From the IMG/VR virus record IMGVR_UViG_3300030104_005320, positions 32,001-96,000 of that record: a stretch of 64,000 bases of DNA. One strand, written 5' to 3'. Source of the stretch: a virus. This document shows, piece after piece, positions 8,276-18,356 of this stretch (position 1 is its first letter; each line of letters starts with the position of its first letter). The notes under the pieces are model-generated. The model searched no databases. It was given only the letters and a program-made list of their open reading frames with translations, and had not been told where the DNA came from. Made by a program: the position numbers and the translations under genes.

Positions 8276-8713
8276 GTGAAGGAAGCAAATCAAAGACTTG
8301 GAGTAGAAATGAAAACAGCACCATCAAAAAACTGCCCATCTTGCAACGCAAGAGTCCACGTTAGAAAATCTGAATGTTCCTGTGGACACTTATTTTATGA
8401 GAGAAAAAACAAAGTCATAACTAACTGGAAATCTTTAAAGGCTGGTGATACAATAAGATCTGTTTATGGCAATGGCCCATATTGGCAAGATCCCGAAACT
8501 AAAGAGAAAACATACATGGGTTCTTACGGTAAGTTTGTCGTTAATTATGTCGGCGACAACTACATAAGATGTACCGAGAAAGGTAGGAACCGTATGTCTG
8601 GCACTGTCATCTTGTACATGGGTGATGGTAAAAAATCGTTGTTGTGTGATAATTTGTATAAGTATCCACACAAATTAATTCGTGTTTCTTTGAAAAGAAA
8701 AGGAGAGTCTTAA
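8276..8713 (+). CDS. zinc-ribbon-containing hypothetical protein
   Basis: KNCPSC..........CSCGH; real start probably the ATG after GGAG (MKTAPSK). Confidence 0.6.
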   Translation: MKEANQRLGVEMKTAPSKNCPSCNARVHVRKSECSCGHLFYERKNKVITNWKSLKAGDTIRSVYGNGPYWQDPETKEKTYMGSYGKFVVNYVGDNYIRCTEKGRNRMSGTVILYMGDGKKSLLCDNLYKYPHKLIRVSLKRKGES

Positions 8714-8932
8714 ATGACTACAGATTGGTCCTCGCTTCTTAGTACGAAGCGAAATGTTATGGTCGTTTCTAATTTTGCAAAAGGTAATATTTCTGGTCGC
8801 CAGTTTTATTCTATGTTTGCAAACACAACAAATGGCGGAGCCGCCAGAACTTTGTTGCGTGAGCATGGTGTGACACAAGCACGATCTCTTGCCCGCAAAG
8901 CGTTGTCTCGCCGGTCGCTTACAAATATCTAG
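8714..8932 (+). CDS. hypothetical basic protein
   Basis: 72-aa ORF with AGGAGAG RBS. Confidence 0.65.
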   Translation: MTTDWSSLLSTKRNVMVVSNFAKGNISGRQFYSMFANTTNGGAARTLLREHGVTQARSLARKALSRRSLTNI

Positions 8933-8942
8933 GAGTTTTTAA

Positions 8943-9317
8943 ATGTTGAACAATAGAGTTATTCTAAAGGGAAATCTAACTAAAGATCCCGAATACAAAA
9001 ATGTATCAGAAAAACATCTTGTTACGTTTCGGATTGCTGTTAATGAATCAATCGGAAACGGACGAGAAGAAACTGTTTATCTAGATGTTGATGGGTGGGG
9101 TAGTCATGCAGATTATGCCCAGAACGTTTCGCTTGTCAAAGGTGATCGCGTTATCGTAGATGGCCGATTGCGTCAGCGTAACTGGGAAGACAAGAACGGT
9201 GTCAATAGAACTTCGTATACCGTCCTTCCTAGTACGTTTTCTAAGGTTGTCAAGCCTTCGCGTTCTGAGTCGCAGGGTACTGGCTTTGCCATGAACAAAG
9301 CCGAAGTGACAGTCTAG
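8943..9317 (+). CDS. ssb: single-stranded DNA-binding protein
   Basis: LNNRVILKGNLTKDPE, KGDRVIVDGRLRQRNWEDKNG OB-fold signature. Confidence 0.92.
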   Translation: MLNNRVILKGNLTKDPEYKNVSEKHLVTFRIAVNESIGNGREETVYLDVDGWGSHADYAQNVSLVKGDRVIVDGRLRQRNWEDKNGVNRTSYTVLPSTFSKVVKPSRSESQGTGFAMNKAEVTV

Positions 9318-9359
9318 CCCGCTTTTGACCTGAGCAAGTCCTAAAACTGCTTTTTTATT

Positions 9360-9536
9360 ATGAATAGACAAACAATCATATCACAGATAAGAGAAGTGGA
9401 AGAGAGAATACAAAATCTTTCTGAAAGACTTTACAATCCGGATATAAATAATTCCGAGATGAAAGAAATAACAAAACGCAAAAAGAAACTCATCAAGACT
9501 AAAAATAAACTTTCAAAAAAACTAGACATGCGTTAA
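9360..9536 (+). CDS. small coiled-coil, Lys-rich protein (58 aa), not in the ORF track
   Basis: ATG 9360 to TAA 9536: MNRQTIISQIREVEERIQNL...KKLDMR. Confidence 0.55.
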   Translation: MNRQTIISQIREVEERIQNLSERLYNPDINNSEMKEITKRKKKLIKTKNKLSKKLDMR

Positions 9537-9558
9537 TGTCTAAGCTATAGTAATAGGA

Positions 9559-9786
9559 TTGAAGATGACCAAACCTAAAAAAATGCAATCAGCTAAACAG
9601 CTAAAAAGAACCAAGCAGAAAGAAAAGGCTAAAAAACAAAGGGCTAAACTAAAGTCTTTAAAATCAAAAGCCTACAACAGAGAAGAAAAAAAGATAAAGA
9701 AAGAAACGATGCTTCTTGAAAAAGAGATCAAGAAGCTGCAAAAAAACACCACAACTTACAGAAAGCCTGTTGAATTAGGAGAATAA
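9559..9786 (+). CDS. Lys-rich hypothetical protein
   Basis: 75-aa basic coiled-coil ORF. Confidence 0.55.
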   Translation: MKMTKPKKMQSAKQLKRTKQKEKAKKQRAKLKSLKSKAYNREEKKIKKETMLLEKEIKKLQKNTTTYRKPVELGE

Positions 9787-9788
9787 GC

Positions 9789-10262
9789 GTGCAACCCACA
9801 AATACAGAATTACTAGACGGTGTAAATTTTGAATACGGATTATTATTTGCTTTCTTTTTTACTTTGCCTATGGCTTTGATATTTGCCAGACATCTTGTGT
9901 TGGCGTTTAAAGCACAAAAAATAGTCTATGTTCCGGTAGAAGTGGAAGTAGAAAAGCCACAAAAAACAAAGATTGAATACCGATATATAACCAAATACAA
10001 AACACCCTCTAAAAGCTCCGCAAAACCTAAAAACAAAACAAAACCAAGAAAACAAAAGAGACATATTGAAAATAGTAAGAAACGCACACCTGCTAAAACT
10101 CTCAACGTTCGAATGATTAGCGATGCGGCAGATGGTCTTAAGAACATTGGAATACCCAAAAGACAGGGTGTAGAACTGGCTAAAAAATTGTATATGAGCA
10201 AAACTTACAATTCTACAGAAAAACTATTTGAAGACTGTCTATCTGAGCTAAAAAAATCCTAA
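9789..10262 (+). CDS. membrane protein with Lys-rich linker and RuvA C-terminal-like three-helix domain
   Basis: N-terminal TM helix; DAADGLKNIGIPKRQGVEL...STEKLFEDCL resembles RuvA domain III. Confidence 0.5.
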   Translation: MQPTNTELLDGVNFEYGLLFAFFFTLPMALIFARHLVLAFKAQKIVYVPVEVEVEKPQKTKIEYRYITKYKTPSKSSAKPKNKTKPRKQKRHIENSKKRTPAKTLNVRMISDAADGLKNIGIPKRQGVELAKKLYMSKTYNSTEKLFEDCLSELKKS

Positions 10263-10263
10263 G

Positions 10264-10274
10264 TTGTGTATATA
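10264..10274 (+). promoter_or_regulatory. TTGTGTATATA motif copy
   Basis: Intergenic, about 30 nt upstream of ORF 10304. Confidence 0.5.
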
Positions 10275-10303
10275 CTTTATATATAATCTTACAAGGGGAT
10301 AAA

Positions 10304-10984
10304 ATGCCAGAAGGAAAAATTTCAAAAATGACGAACACGGTAAGTCAAGAAGTGTCTGAAAAGATAAACCAATTGAAGTACACCGATTTTGACACTGACT
10401 ATAAGAAAAAAGATCACAATGTATCTGACAAAATGACGATAGATTGGAAAAATGTCTTACCTAAACCTCAGTCTAATACCTCAAAAGAAACGTCAAAAGA
10501 ATTAAGATATCTGTCCCAGCTTACTAACAACTTGTCTCCACAACAGATCGATCTAATAAACTTAGTAGATACTGAACCCCTAGATCTGTTTACCCCAATA
10601 CTCAGAAAAAACGGCTTGTCTCTGGATAAGAGTGTTTTTAACAAAATATGGAGCATGACTGAGCCTATCGTTATGTCTCTGAAAGACAAGTACGACAGAC
10701 CTAGACCGTATCAGATTGCTGATTTATTTGGTTTAAAAATAAAAGTTACAGAATCAAATACGCACCACACTCCTGCGTATCCATCGGGACATACTGCCTA
10801 CGCTGCTATGGCTGCTTTATATTTAGACGAACTATACCCAGATCTTGCCGACCAGTTTTTTCATCAGGTGGGTATGGCTGGATATGCTAGAATACTCCAA
10901 GGCGTGCATTATCCCTCAGACAACAGGGCTTCAATGGTAATAACCGGAGCAATTTGGGAAGATATAAGGCCGTTTTTTATATAG
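10304..10984 (+). CDS. PAP2-superfamily phosphatase / vanadium haloperoxidase-like protein
   Basis: K....RPRP, YPSGH and RILQGVHYPSD catalytic motifs. Confidence 0.88.
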   Translation: MPEGKISKMTNTVSQEVSEKINQLKYTDFDTDYKKKDHNVSDKMTIDWKNVLPKPQSNTSKETSKELRYLSQLTNNLSPQQIDLINLVDTEPLDLFTPILRKNGLSLDKSVFNKIWSMTEPIVMSLKDKYDRPRPYQIADLFGLKIKVTESNTHHTPAYPSGHTAYAAMAALYLDELYPDLADQFFHQVGMAGYARILQGVHYPSDNRASMVITGAIWEDIRPFFI

Positions 10985-10990
10985 ATCGAA

Positions 10991-11737
10991 ATGGGATACA
11001 AAAACTATACAATCAGAGGAAAAACAGACGGATTTGGATGTCAGTACAACGCCATACTTTCCGGCATAGCTTTTTGTACGAACTCTAATGGTAGATACAG
11101 ATATATACATACTCCATTTTCGAGAGTTTCTCACGGATGGGAGTCGCGTACAAAAGAATTAAGTGATTTTATAGGGGTTCCAGACAACAGACATGGAAAA
11201 AAAATACACGTAGCACAAAGGTACAACAAGGCTGTACATTTAGATCAAAGTCCTAGCAACTGGTACAACAAGGAAGTTTTAGATTTAATAAAAAACTACT
11301 ACTGGAGCACAGAAAAACCAGAAAAAATACAAGATGAAATAGTTGTACATATAAGAAGAGGAGATGTTCAGCCACATAGAGGCGGCGATAGAAAAGCTAG
11401 ACATATGAAAAACAAATGGTATAACGGAAGAATACCATGGCTTGCCGATAGATATCCGGATCACTACAAGATCACGATACATTCCGAAGGAGACATGTCT
11501 GAATTTCAAAGTATAATGGACGGATGGCCGGAAGAAATAAAGTCTAGAACGACTTGGAAGTTAAATGCGTGCCTTAAGGAAGCCTTTAATGATATGGTTA
11601 CTGCAAAGGTTTTTTTTCAAAGTAAGAGCGGACTTTCTTATACGGCTGGGATACTTTCGGATGGCGAAGTTTATTTTAAGATGGGCAGTAGTGCCAGAGG
11701 TCAAAAATATCCATTGCAAAATTGGATAGTTATTTAA
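10991..11737 (+). CDS. fucosyltransferase-like (GT11-like) protein
   Basis: DGFGCQY start, VHIRRGD motif, SKSGLSY..G motif. Confidence 0.6.
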   Translation: MGYKNYTIRGKTDGFGCQYNAILSGIAFCTNSNGRYRYIHTPFSRVSHGWESRTKELSDFIGVPDNRHGKKIHVAQRYNKAVHLDQSPSNWYNKEVLDLIKNYYWSTEKPEKIQDEIVVHIRRGDVQPHRGGDRKARHMKNKWYNGRIPWLADRYPDHYKITIHSEGDMSEFQSIMDGWPEEIKSRTTWKLNACLKEAFNDMVTAKVFFQSKSGLSYTAGILSDGEVYFKMGSSARGQKYPLQNWIVI

Positions 11738-11751
11738 TTAGGGAGACGAAC

Positions 11752-11916
11752 ATGAAAGATTTTTGGTTGGGGTTTTCAGTAGCGACTTGTATTTGTCTGG
11801 CGGGATTTATAGCTTGGGAATATGTGAGATATGTTCCTGTTGTTGTTAAACCTGTTCCCGTTCCTGTTTCTAACGGCTCCAAGGTTCCCGAATTGTCCCC
11901 CGTTATTACAGAATAA
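11752..11916 (+). CDS. small membrane protein
   Basis: ATG 11752 after GGGAG; single TM helix. Confidence 0.55.
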   Translation: MKDFWLGFSVATCICLAGFIAWEYVRYVPVVVKPVPVPVSNGSKVPELSPVITE

Positions 11917-12800
11917 TGAAATTAGCAATAACTCCTAGTAATCAAGATTTAACTTTAGTTTTATTTGATACCGAAACACAAAAAACAAAATTTATAAAAT
12001 CTGAAAAGGATCAGTTTAATAAAAACGCAGACGACTCAAGACCTTTACATAGACCTTTCGGGATTACTTGGAACAAGGAGAAGATATTTATAGCCAGCAG
12101 AAAAAACCTACTGGTATTTGACAATAGATTAAACTATATAGGAAAGCACGAGAATATACTAGACGAGAACACACATCAAATAACTTACTACGATGGCAAA
12201 ATAATTGCCACTATGACTAGAAAAGATTGTGTGTTATTTATTAATCTCGAAAAAAATAAGCAAGAATTATATCATCCGATAAAAGGCTGGATTACAAGTT
12301 GTGAATCGCTATCGCATGAAAACGAACAGTTTCACATAAATTCTTTAAATGTAACAGATGGATTTTTATATGTCATGCTCCACAATAGAGGGGTAAAAAA
12401 TAGTGAAATATTAGTTTTAGATATGCGGTTAAAGTCTCTAGTAAAGATCATAAACATGAAAGCAAAAAGGGCACACGGCATATATGCTAAAAAAGAAGTC
12501 TTAGGCACGCTAAACACAAACGACAATAACATAGTGATTAAAAACAAAATAATAGATATAAGCATACCAAAAAATCATTTTCTTAGAGGCATGGCTGGAG
12601 ATGATAATGAAATATGCTTTGCTCATTTTAAAGAAAATCTAAGAAGTTATAGAGGCGAAGGCGGCTCCTACATAAAAACCTTATCAGGTAAAAGTGGATA
12701 TATTGATGGTATAGGTTCAGTCAATGACATGAGAAGAATAGATGGAGTTGATCTTTGCCACAATAATAAATACAAGTTTCCATATGTGGGTAGTTTTTAA
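11916..12800 (+). CDS. beta-propeller-like hypothetical protein
   Basis: Repeated blade-like motifs PFGITW, THQI, HINSL, AHGI, FLRGM. Confidence 0.5.
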   Translation: MKLAITPSNQDLTLVLFDTETQKTKFIKSEKDQFNKNADDSRPLHRPFGITWNKEKIFIASRKNLLVFDNRLNYIGKHENILDENTHQITYYDGKIIATMTRKDCVLFINLEKNKQELYHPIKGWITSCESLSHENEQFHINSLNVTDGFLYVMLHNRGVKNSEILVLDMRLKSLVKIINMKAKRAHGIYAKKEVLGTLNTNDNNIVIKNKIIDISIPKNHFLRGMAGDDNEICFAHFKENLRSYRGEGGSYIKTLSGKSGYIDGIGSVNDMRRIDGVDLCHNNKYKFPYVGSF

Positions 12801-13366
12801 TGATTTTAACAACCAAGCACATAGATAGCGATATAATAGAAGAAGGGTTTTCAAAGTTTGTAGAAATGTCTAAAGATGTATCTAGTCTAAATAGTGACTT
12901 TTGGGACTGCAATAAAAAATTTAGAGCTGAATCGCTATGGGAAATGTGTAAAAAGGATAAGGCGGACGAAGATTCTAGCAGATATAGACTAGGAGAATAT
13001 TCAGATCATATAGAATATATGGAATATGTAGCTAGAAAGTTTTTGCTAGAACAAGAAATTATAAATAAAAATGACTCTATAACAAGAAGCGGAGAAGGCG
13101 TTTATCCTCCGGGCGGTTATATGGGGTGGCACACAAATAGAAATCGTGCTGGTATTAGGTGTTATTTTAATTGGGCATCTGAATCTGGTAAATCAGGTTT
13201 AAAATACTGGTACGAAGGGACAGATAAAATAATTAGAGATTCTATAGATCAAATTGGCTGGCAACTCAGAATGTTTTCTACCGATTATTCGAAACCATTT
13301 TGGCACGCTGTTTGGTCTGACTGCACGAGATTATCAATAGGCTTTAGAATAATAAAAGGAAAATAA
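12800..13366 (+). CDS. 2OG-Fe(II) oxygenase / cupin-like protein
   Basis: YPPGGYMGWHTN ... FWHAV ... RLSIGF. Confidence 0.65.
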   Translation: MILTTKHIDSDIIEEGFSKFVEMSKDVSSLNSDFWDCNKKFRAESLWEMCKKDKADEDSSRYRLGEYSDHIEYMEYVARKFLLEQEIINKNDSITRSGEGVYPPGGYMGWHTNRNRAGIRCYFNWASESGKSGLKYWYEGTDKIIRDSIDQIGWQLRMFSTDYSKPFWHAVWSDCTRLSIGFRIIKGK

Positions 13367-13367
13367 T

Positions 13368-14030
<663 letters not shown>

Positions 14031-14051
14031 TAAGATATTAGGAGAACAGCT

Positions 14052-15245
14052 ATGCCCCTGCCAAAAAAAGGCGAAAAAGAATCAAGAGAGCAGTTCATGT
14101 CTAGGTGCATGTCTGATAAAGATAGTAAAAAAGAGTTTCCCGATAACCAACAAAGAGTAGCAGTGTGTCTCAGCAACGCAGGTGCCTCTGCAATCGAAGC
14201 CGCTGATTTCATCTATCACATGGAAACATATGGATACACAGAAGACGTGAATGAGAACAACTTATATATTCCGACGCAGGAGGAATATGTAGATTTTGAC
14301 GAGCAGACCGAGGAATGGGACGTATCAATCGCAAAACCGGGACTCTGGGAGAACATACGGAAAAAGAAAGAACGCGAAGGCAAAAAATACCGACCAGCAC
14401 AACCGGGAGATCCAGATCGTCCCACGCAAGACCAAATTAAAAGAGCACAATCCGAGGCAGAAGCTTACGGCGTTCCGCCGAAAGAATCAGACGGTCTACA
14501 ATACGGCAAGCCAAAAAAGAACGATCCAAGAAAAACTCCCGCACCAAAGAAAGATCAAAAGAGAGGCTCAAAGAAAAACAAACCAGACAGTGCTAAAAAT
14601 CCCAGCGGGAAAATAACCTTTAGCAAAAAAGTATTGGACCAGTTAAAGAGCAAGGTTTCGGAGCACAACGCTAAAGACAAAGGATCTAAAGCAACTCTTG
14701 GCCAACTGAAAGCTGTATATAGAAGGGGTGCAGGAGCGTACTCAACTAGCCATGCTCCAAAGATGAGCCGACACGGATGGGCAATTGCTAGAGTTAATGC
14801 GTTTCTATATCTTCTGAGAAACGGAAGACCTAGCAACCCTAACTATAAACAAGACAACGACCTTCTGCCAAAGGGCCATCCAAGAAAATCAAAAGCTGCA
14901 TACCTTTATGAAAATCCCAAGACTGGGGAATTGCTTACTTACACCAGACAGGGAGTCTACAAGAAGGATGGAGTATTTTTAGTATACAAAGGGAAAGCTG
15001 CTGAATATCAAGGAAGAAAGGTAACTCTTAATAAACCATTTAGAACTCCTGATGGTCCTAAGAAATTTGCCGTCTACACTAAAAACGAAAAAGGCACAGT
15101 TGTGATTGTTAGATTTGGAGATCCTAATATGGAAATCAAAAGAGACAATCCCGCCAGAAGGAAAAGTTTTAGAGCTAGACATAAGTGTGATACGGCACCG
15201 GGACCAAAATGGAAAGCAAGATACTGGTCTTGCAGAATGTGGTAA
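14052..15245 (+). CDS. basic multi-module phage protein (C-terminal DUF6321-like module)
   Basis: Modules QFMSRCM..QRVAVC, PGLWENIRKK, RRGAGAY..WAIARVNAFL, and VRFGDPNM....RRKSFRARHKC..ARYWSC. Confidence 0.6.
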   Translation: MPLPKKGEKESREQFMSRCMSDKDSKKEFPDNQQRVAVCLSNAGASAIEAADFIYHMETYGYTEDVNENNLYIPTQEEYVDFDEQTEEWDVSIAKPGLWENIRKKKEREGKKYRPAQPGDPDRPTQDQIKRAQSEAEAYGVPPKESDGLQYGKPKKNDPRKTPAPKKDQKRGSKKNKPDSAKNPSGKITFSKKVLDQLKSKVSEHNAKDKGSKATLGQLKAVYRRGAGAYSTSHAPKMSRHGWAIARVNAFLYLLRNGRPSNPNYKQDNDLLPKGHPRKSKAAYLYENPKTGELLTYTRQGVYKKDGVFLVYKGKAAEYQGRKVTLNKPFRTPDGPKKFAVYTKNEKGTVVIVRFGDPNMEIKRDNPARRKSFRARHKCDTAPGPKWKARYWSCRMW

Positions 15246-15481
15246 TTGTGTTAAGATATTCTCTATGGACGATAGCGACTCTACTATTTATATTGCTTTT
15301 AATTAGCTTTGTAAAAGTAGATCGCTACTGTCATATATGTAATAAAAAATGTTTTGAAGAACCCCTGATTACTAACTTCACGGGTGCTGGCGACATTAAT
15401 TATGAACATGCCGAATGTTCTGGTCATTGGGGTTGGAAATTTCCTATGAAATGGCCAACAGCTAGAAAGGTAACAAAATGA
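15209..15481 (+). CDS. hypothetical membrane protein
   Basis: TM helix plus CHIC...HAEC; start uncertain. Confidence 0.45.
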   Translation: MESKILVLQNVVIVLRYSLWTIATLLFILLLISFVKVDRYCHICNKKCFEEPLITNFTGAGDINYEHAECSGHWGWKFPMKWPTARKVTK

Positions 15482-15723
15482 ATATGCTTCCATCCGGTAA
15501 GTACACTAAGGTTATAGAGCTTAGAATCGAGAGAGACAAGCTTATAAACGAAAGGCACCATCTAAAGAGTAGGATCGGACTCTGCGAGGGCCAAGAAAAG
15601 ATATGGAAAGAGCAAAGGCGTAAATTCGCACAAGAACTAAAGGGAGTAAATGAAGAAATAATTGAGCACAACGCAAACATTAAAATTGAAATGCAAAACA
15701 TCAATGGTAGTGGAATAAAGTAA
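15478..15723 (+). CDS. coiled-coil hypothetical protein
   Basis: 81-aa ORF coupled to the upstream stop. Confidence 0.55.
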   Translation: MNMLPSGKYTKVIELRIERDKLINERHHLKSRIGLCEGQEKIWKEQRRKFAQELKGVNEEIIEHNANIKIEMQNINGSGIK

Positions 15724-15761
15724 TTTAACTAATAATTGAAGACGTAACAAAGAGGAATAAA

Positions 15762-16805
15762 TTGATAAACTTAACTACGCCTATAAACAATTTAGGATAT
15801 GGGGTTGCTGGATACAATATTTATAAAGAGATATATAAACTTCATCCGTCCACAGCCCTTTATCCTATATCTCAACCCGAATTTACAAATGAATCTATTG
15901 CTTCGGGTATTGACAATCAAGGTAAGAATAATTACCCTTCTGTTAAAATATGGCATCAAAACGACCTACATTCTCACGTTGGAAAAGTTAAACATATTGG
16001 ATTTCCTATATTTGAATTAACCGAGTTCAGCAAAATTGAAAAGAGAAGCATGGAGCACTGCGACTCCATATTCGTATGCTCTAAATGGGCAAAAGATATA
16101 GTAGTAAACCAAACTTCTTTTACAAGTGATAAAGTCCATGTCGTGCCATTAGGAGTTGATATTGATTTGTTTACTCCTAAACAACTAAAGCGTCCAAACA
16201 CAGTCTTTTTTAATTGTGGAAAATGGGAAAAAAGAAAAGGCCACGATATACTCCTAGAGTGTTTTAATAGAGCTTTTTCACCCGGAGATAATGTTGAATT
16301 ATGGATGATGTGCGAAAACCCGTTTATTGGAGAGATGAATAAGCAATGGATAGATCTATATAAAAGTTCTCCACTTGGAGATAAGATTAGAATTATTCCA
16401 AGACAGAAGACCCATAAAGATGTGTATAGTATAATGGCTCAAGCAGATTGTGGCGTTTTCCCCGCTAGAGCGGAAGGCTGGAATCTAGAGCTACTAGAAA
16501 TGATGGCGTGCGGCAAGGCTGTTATAGCTACGAATTACTCAGCACACACTGAATTTTGCGATAAAGACAACTCTTTTTTAATAGAGATTGACAGCCTTGA
16601 AAACGCTAGTGATGGAGTTTTCTTTTCTGGTTCACATGGAGAATGGGCTAGTTTACTGGAGCCACAAAAGTGTCAATTAATTGAACACATGAGGGATTTT
16701 CACAAAAGGAAAAATGACGGGTGGACTCAGAATACTGCCGGTATAGATACTGCTAATAAATTTACTTGGGAAAACTCAGCAAAGGAGTTATTAAATGGAC
16801 TCTAA
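15762..16805 (+). CDS. GT4 (GT-B) glycosyltransferase
   Basis: VVPLGVD, GKWEKRKG, PARAEGWNLELLEMMACGKAVIATN (EX7E motif). Confidence 0.9.
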   Translation: MINLTTPINNLGYGVAGYNIYKEIYKLHPSTALYPISQPEFTNESIASGIDNQGKNNYPSVKIWHQNDLHSHVGKVKHIGFPIFELTEFSKIEKRSMEHCDSIFVCSKWAKDIVVNQTSFTSDKVHVVPLGVDIDLFTPKQLKRPNTVFFNCGKWEKRKGHDILLECFNRAFSPGDNVELWMMCENPFIGEMNKQWIDLYKSSPLGDKIRIIPRQKTHKDVYSIMAQADCGVFPARAEGWNLELLEMMACGKAVIATNYSAHTEFCDKDNSFLIEIDSLENASDGVFFSGSHGEWASLLEPQKCQLIEHMRDFHKRKNDGWTQNTAGIDTANKFTWENSAKELLNGL

Positions 16806-17721
16806 TTTTAAAACGCCAAGAAAAATATTGAACCATTATCGGGATGGTTTTGTTGGCTCTGTGTGCGATCCGGAAGATGTGTCTAGGTTGATGGGTGAAT
16901 TACCCATGCCTGTTTTTGGAGCAGCGGCCTATAGTCTGTATGGAGACGGAGAAGGAAAACTAAGCTTACCTTTTAAATCTCTGTTGAAGTTTGATCCTGC
17001 GTTTGGTCCTTATGAAAGACAAACCACAGGAGATTGTGTGTCCCACGCCACAAGAAACGCGATTGATATCACTAGAGCCGTAGAAATAGACATCAAAGGC
17101 GAAAATGAAGAATTCAGAAAAAGAGGTGCTTGCGAGGCGATATATCAATCCAGAGGCCACAGAGGACAAGGAATGACATGCACCCAAGCTGCTAGATATG
17201 TTAATAAGACAGGAGGGCTGCTGATAAGAAAAGATTACGGATCTGTTGATCTTTCTAAATATAACTCCTCTTTAGGTGCTAATCTAAGTATACCTGAGAG
17301 TATTTATAAAGACGAAGCGAATAAACATCCGATAAAAACTATATCAAATATAAGAACTATAGAAGAGGCAAGAGACGCTCTGGCCAATGGATATTCTATA
17401 TCGGTTTGCTCTGGGTATGGATTTTCAAGTCGTAGAGATTCAAAAGGAATAGCTGCAAAAGGTAAGGGCTGGTCACATGCTATGGCATGGATTGGCTGTG
17501 ACGACACTAGAAAAAGATACAACGAAACTTTATTTTTAATACAAAATAGTTGGGGCAACTGGAATTCTGGACCAAAAGTCCACGATCAGCCAGACGGAAG
17601 TTTCTGGGTTAGAGAAAGAGATGCTAGAGGGATGCTCTCTGGTGGTGGTGCTTGGGTTTTTAGCAATGTAGAAGGCTTTCCCTCGCGTAAAATAGAGTGG
17701 AGTATAGGAGATGTTTTCTAA
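16795..17721 (+). CDS. papain-like (C1) cysteine peptidase
   Basis: QTTGDCVSHA (Q...C), SHAMAWIG (H), IQNSWG (N). Confidence 0.85.
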   Translation: MDSNFKTPRKILNHYRDGFVGSVCDPEDVSRLMGELPMPVFGAAAYSLYGDGEGKLSLPFKSLLKFDPAFGPYERQTTGDCVSHATRNAIDITRAVEIDIKGENEEFRKRGACEAIYQSRGHRGQGMTCTQAARYVNKTGGLLIRKDYGSVDLSKYNSSLGANLSIPESIYKDEANKHPIKTISNIRTIEEARDALANGYSISVCSGYGFSSRRDSKGIAAKGKGWSHAMAWIGCDDTRKRYNETLFLIQNSWGNWNSGPKVHDQPDGSFWVRERDARGMLSGGGAWVFSNVEGFPSRKIEWSIGDVF

Positions 17722-18101
17722 TGAAAATACAACAAAAGGCCATCATAGGCATTATAGTCATAATTGGCTTCATATTTTTTTCAGCTAAATCTACAAACGG
17801 GTTGACAAATGATGAAGTCAATAAGATAATAAGTACAGTAAAAGAGTCTTTTGATAAAGCAGAAAGTATAGTGTTTGATCAAAAGCCAGACGTTCCAGAC
17901 GACGGACCTACCGGTCCTGATCCAGATCCTGAAAAGTGCATCTGCGAAGGTACTGGAAAAATAATACAGGGAGATGGCCATGTAACGCCATGTCCTTACC
18001 ATAGCGAGGATTCTAAGTCGGAAGAAGTACCTTCCTTTGAGAGTCCTACTATTTATAGAGTAATACCTAGAAGAAGAATCTTTGGAAACTTCTTCAGGTG
18101 A
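17721..18101 (+). CDS. membrane or secreted protein with CICEGTG..CPYH Zn-like motif
   Basis: ATG at 17721 overlaps the upstream TAA; N-terminal signal or TM segment. Confidence 0.6.
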   Translation: MKIQQKAIIGIIVIIGFIFFSAKSTNGLTNDEVNKIISTVKESFDKAESIVFDQKPDVPDDGPTGPDPDPEKCICEGTGKIIQGDGHVTPCPYHSEDSKSEEVPSFESPTIYRVIPRRRIFGNFFR

Positions 18102-18113
18102 CTAACATTTAAC

Positions 18114-18135
18114 GGGAACAGTTGTTCCCATTTTT
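18114..18135 (+). terminator. possible intrinsic terminator
   Basis: GGGAAC-AGTT-GTTCCC followed by ATTTTT. Confidence 0.45.
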
Positions 18136-18158
18136 AACCTTTTTTGGAGAGTTTAGTT

Positions 18159-18335
18159 ATGAGTAAATGGAAATCTTTGTTGACTTCTAGACGTTTTTGG
18201 GTTTCTGCCGTTGGGCTAGCTGCGGTTTGTGCTAGCGATCTGTTTGGAATCACCCTAAATCAAGAACAAATGGTTGGCGTTATCACTATTGTTGTCGCTT
18301 GGGTTATTGGAGATACTGTAAGAGAAACCAAGTGA
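18159..18335 (+). CDS. holin-like two-TM protein
   Basis: SLLTSRRFWVS pattern plus two hydrophobic helices; GGAGAG RBS. Confidence 0.55.
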   Translation: MSKWKSLLTSRRFWVSAVGLAAVCASDLFGITLNQEQMVGVITIVVAWVIGDTVRETK

Positions 18336-18356
18336 TACTACTTTGAGGACTTTTAA

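Noticed and set aside
14296-14616. 106-aa alternate-frame ORF inside 14052-15245
   Set aside because: Likely a by-product of A-rich Lys/Pro codons; no RBS or motif
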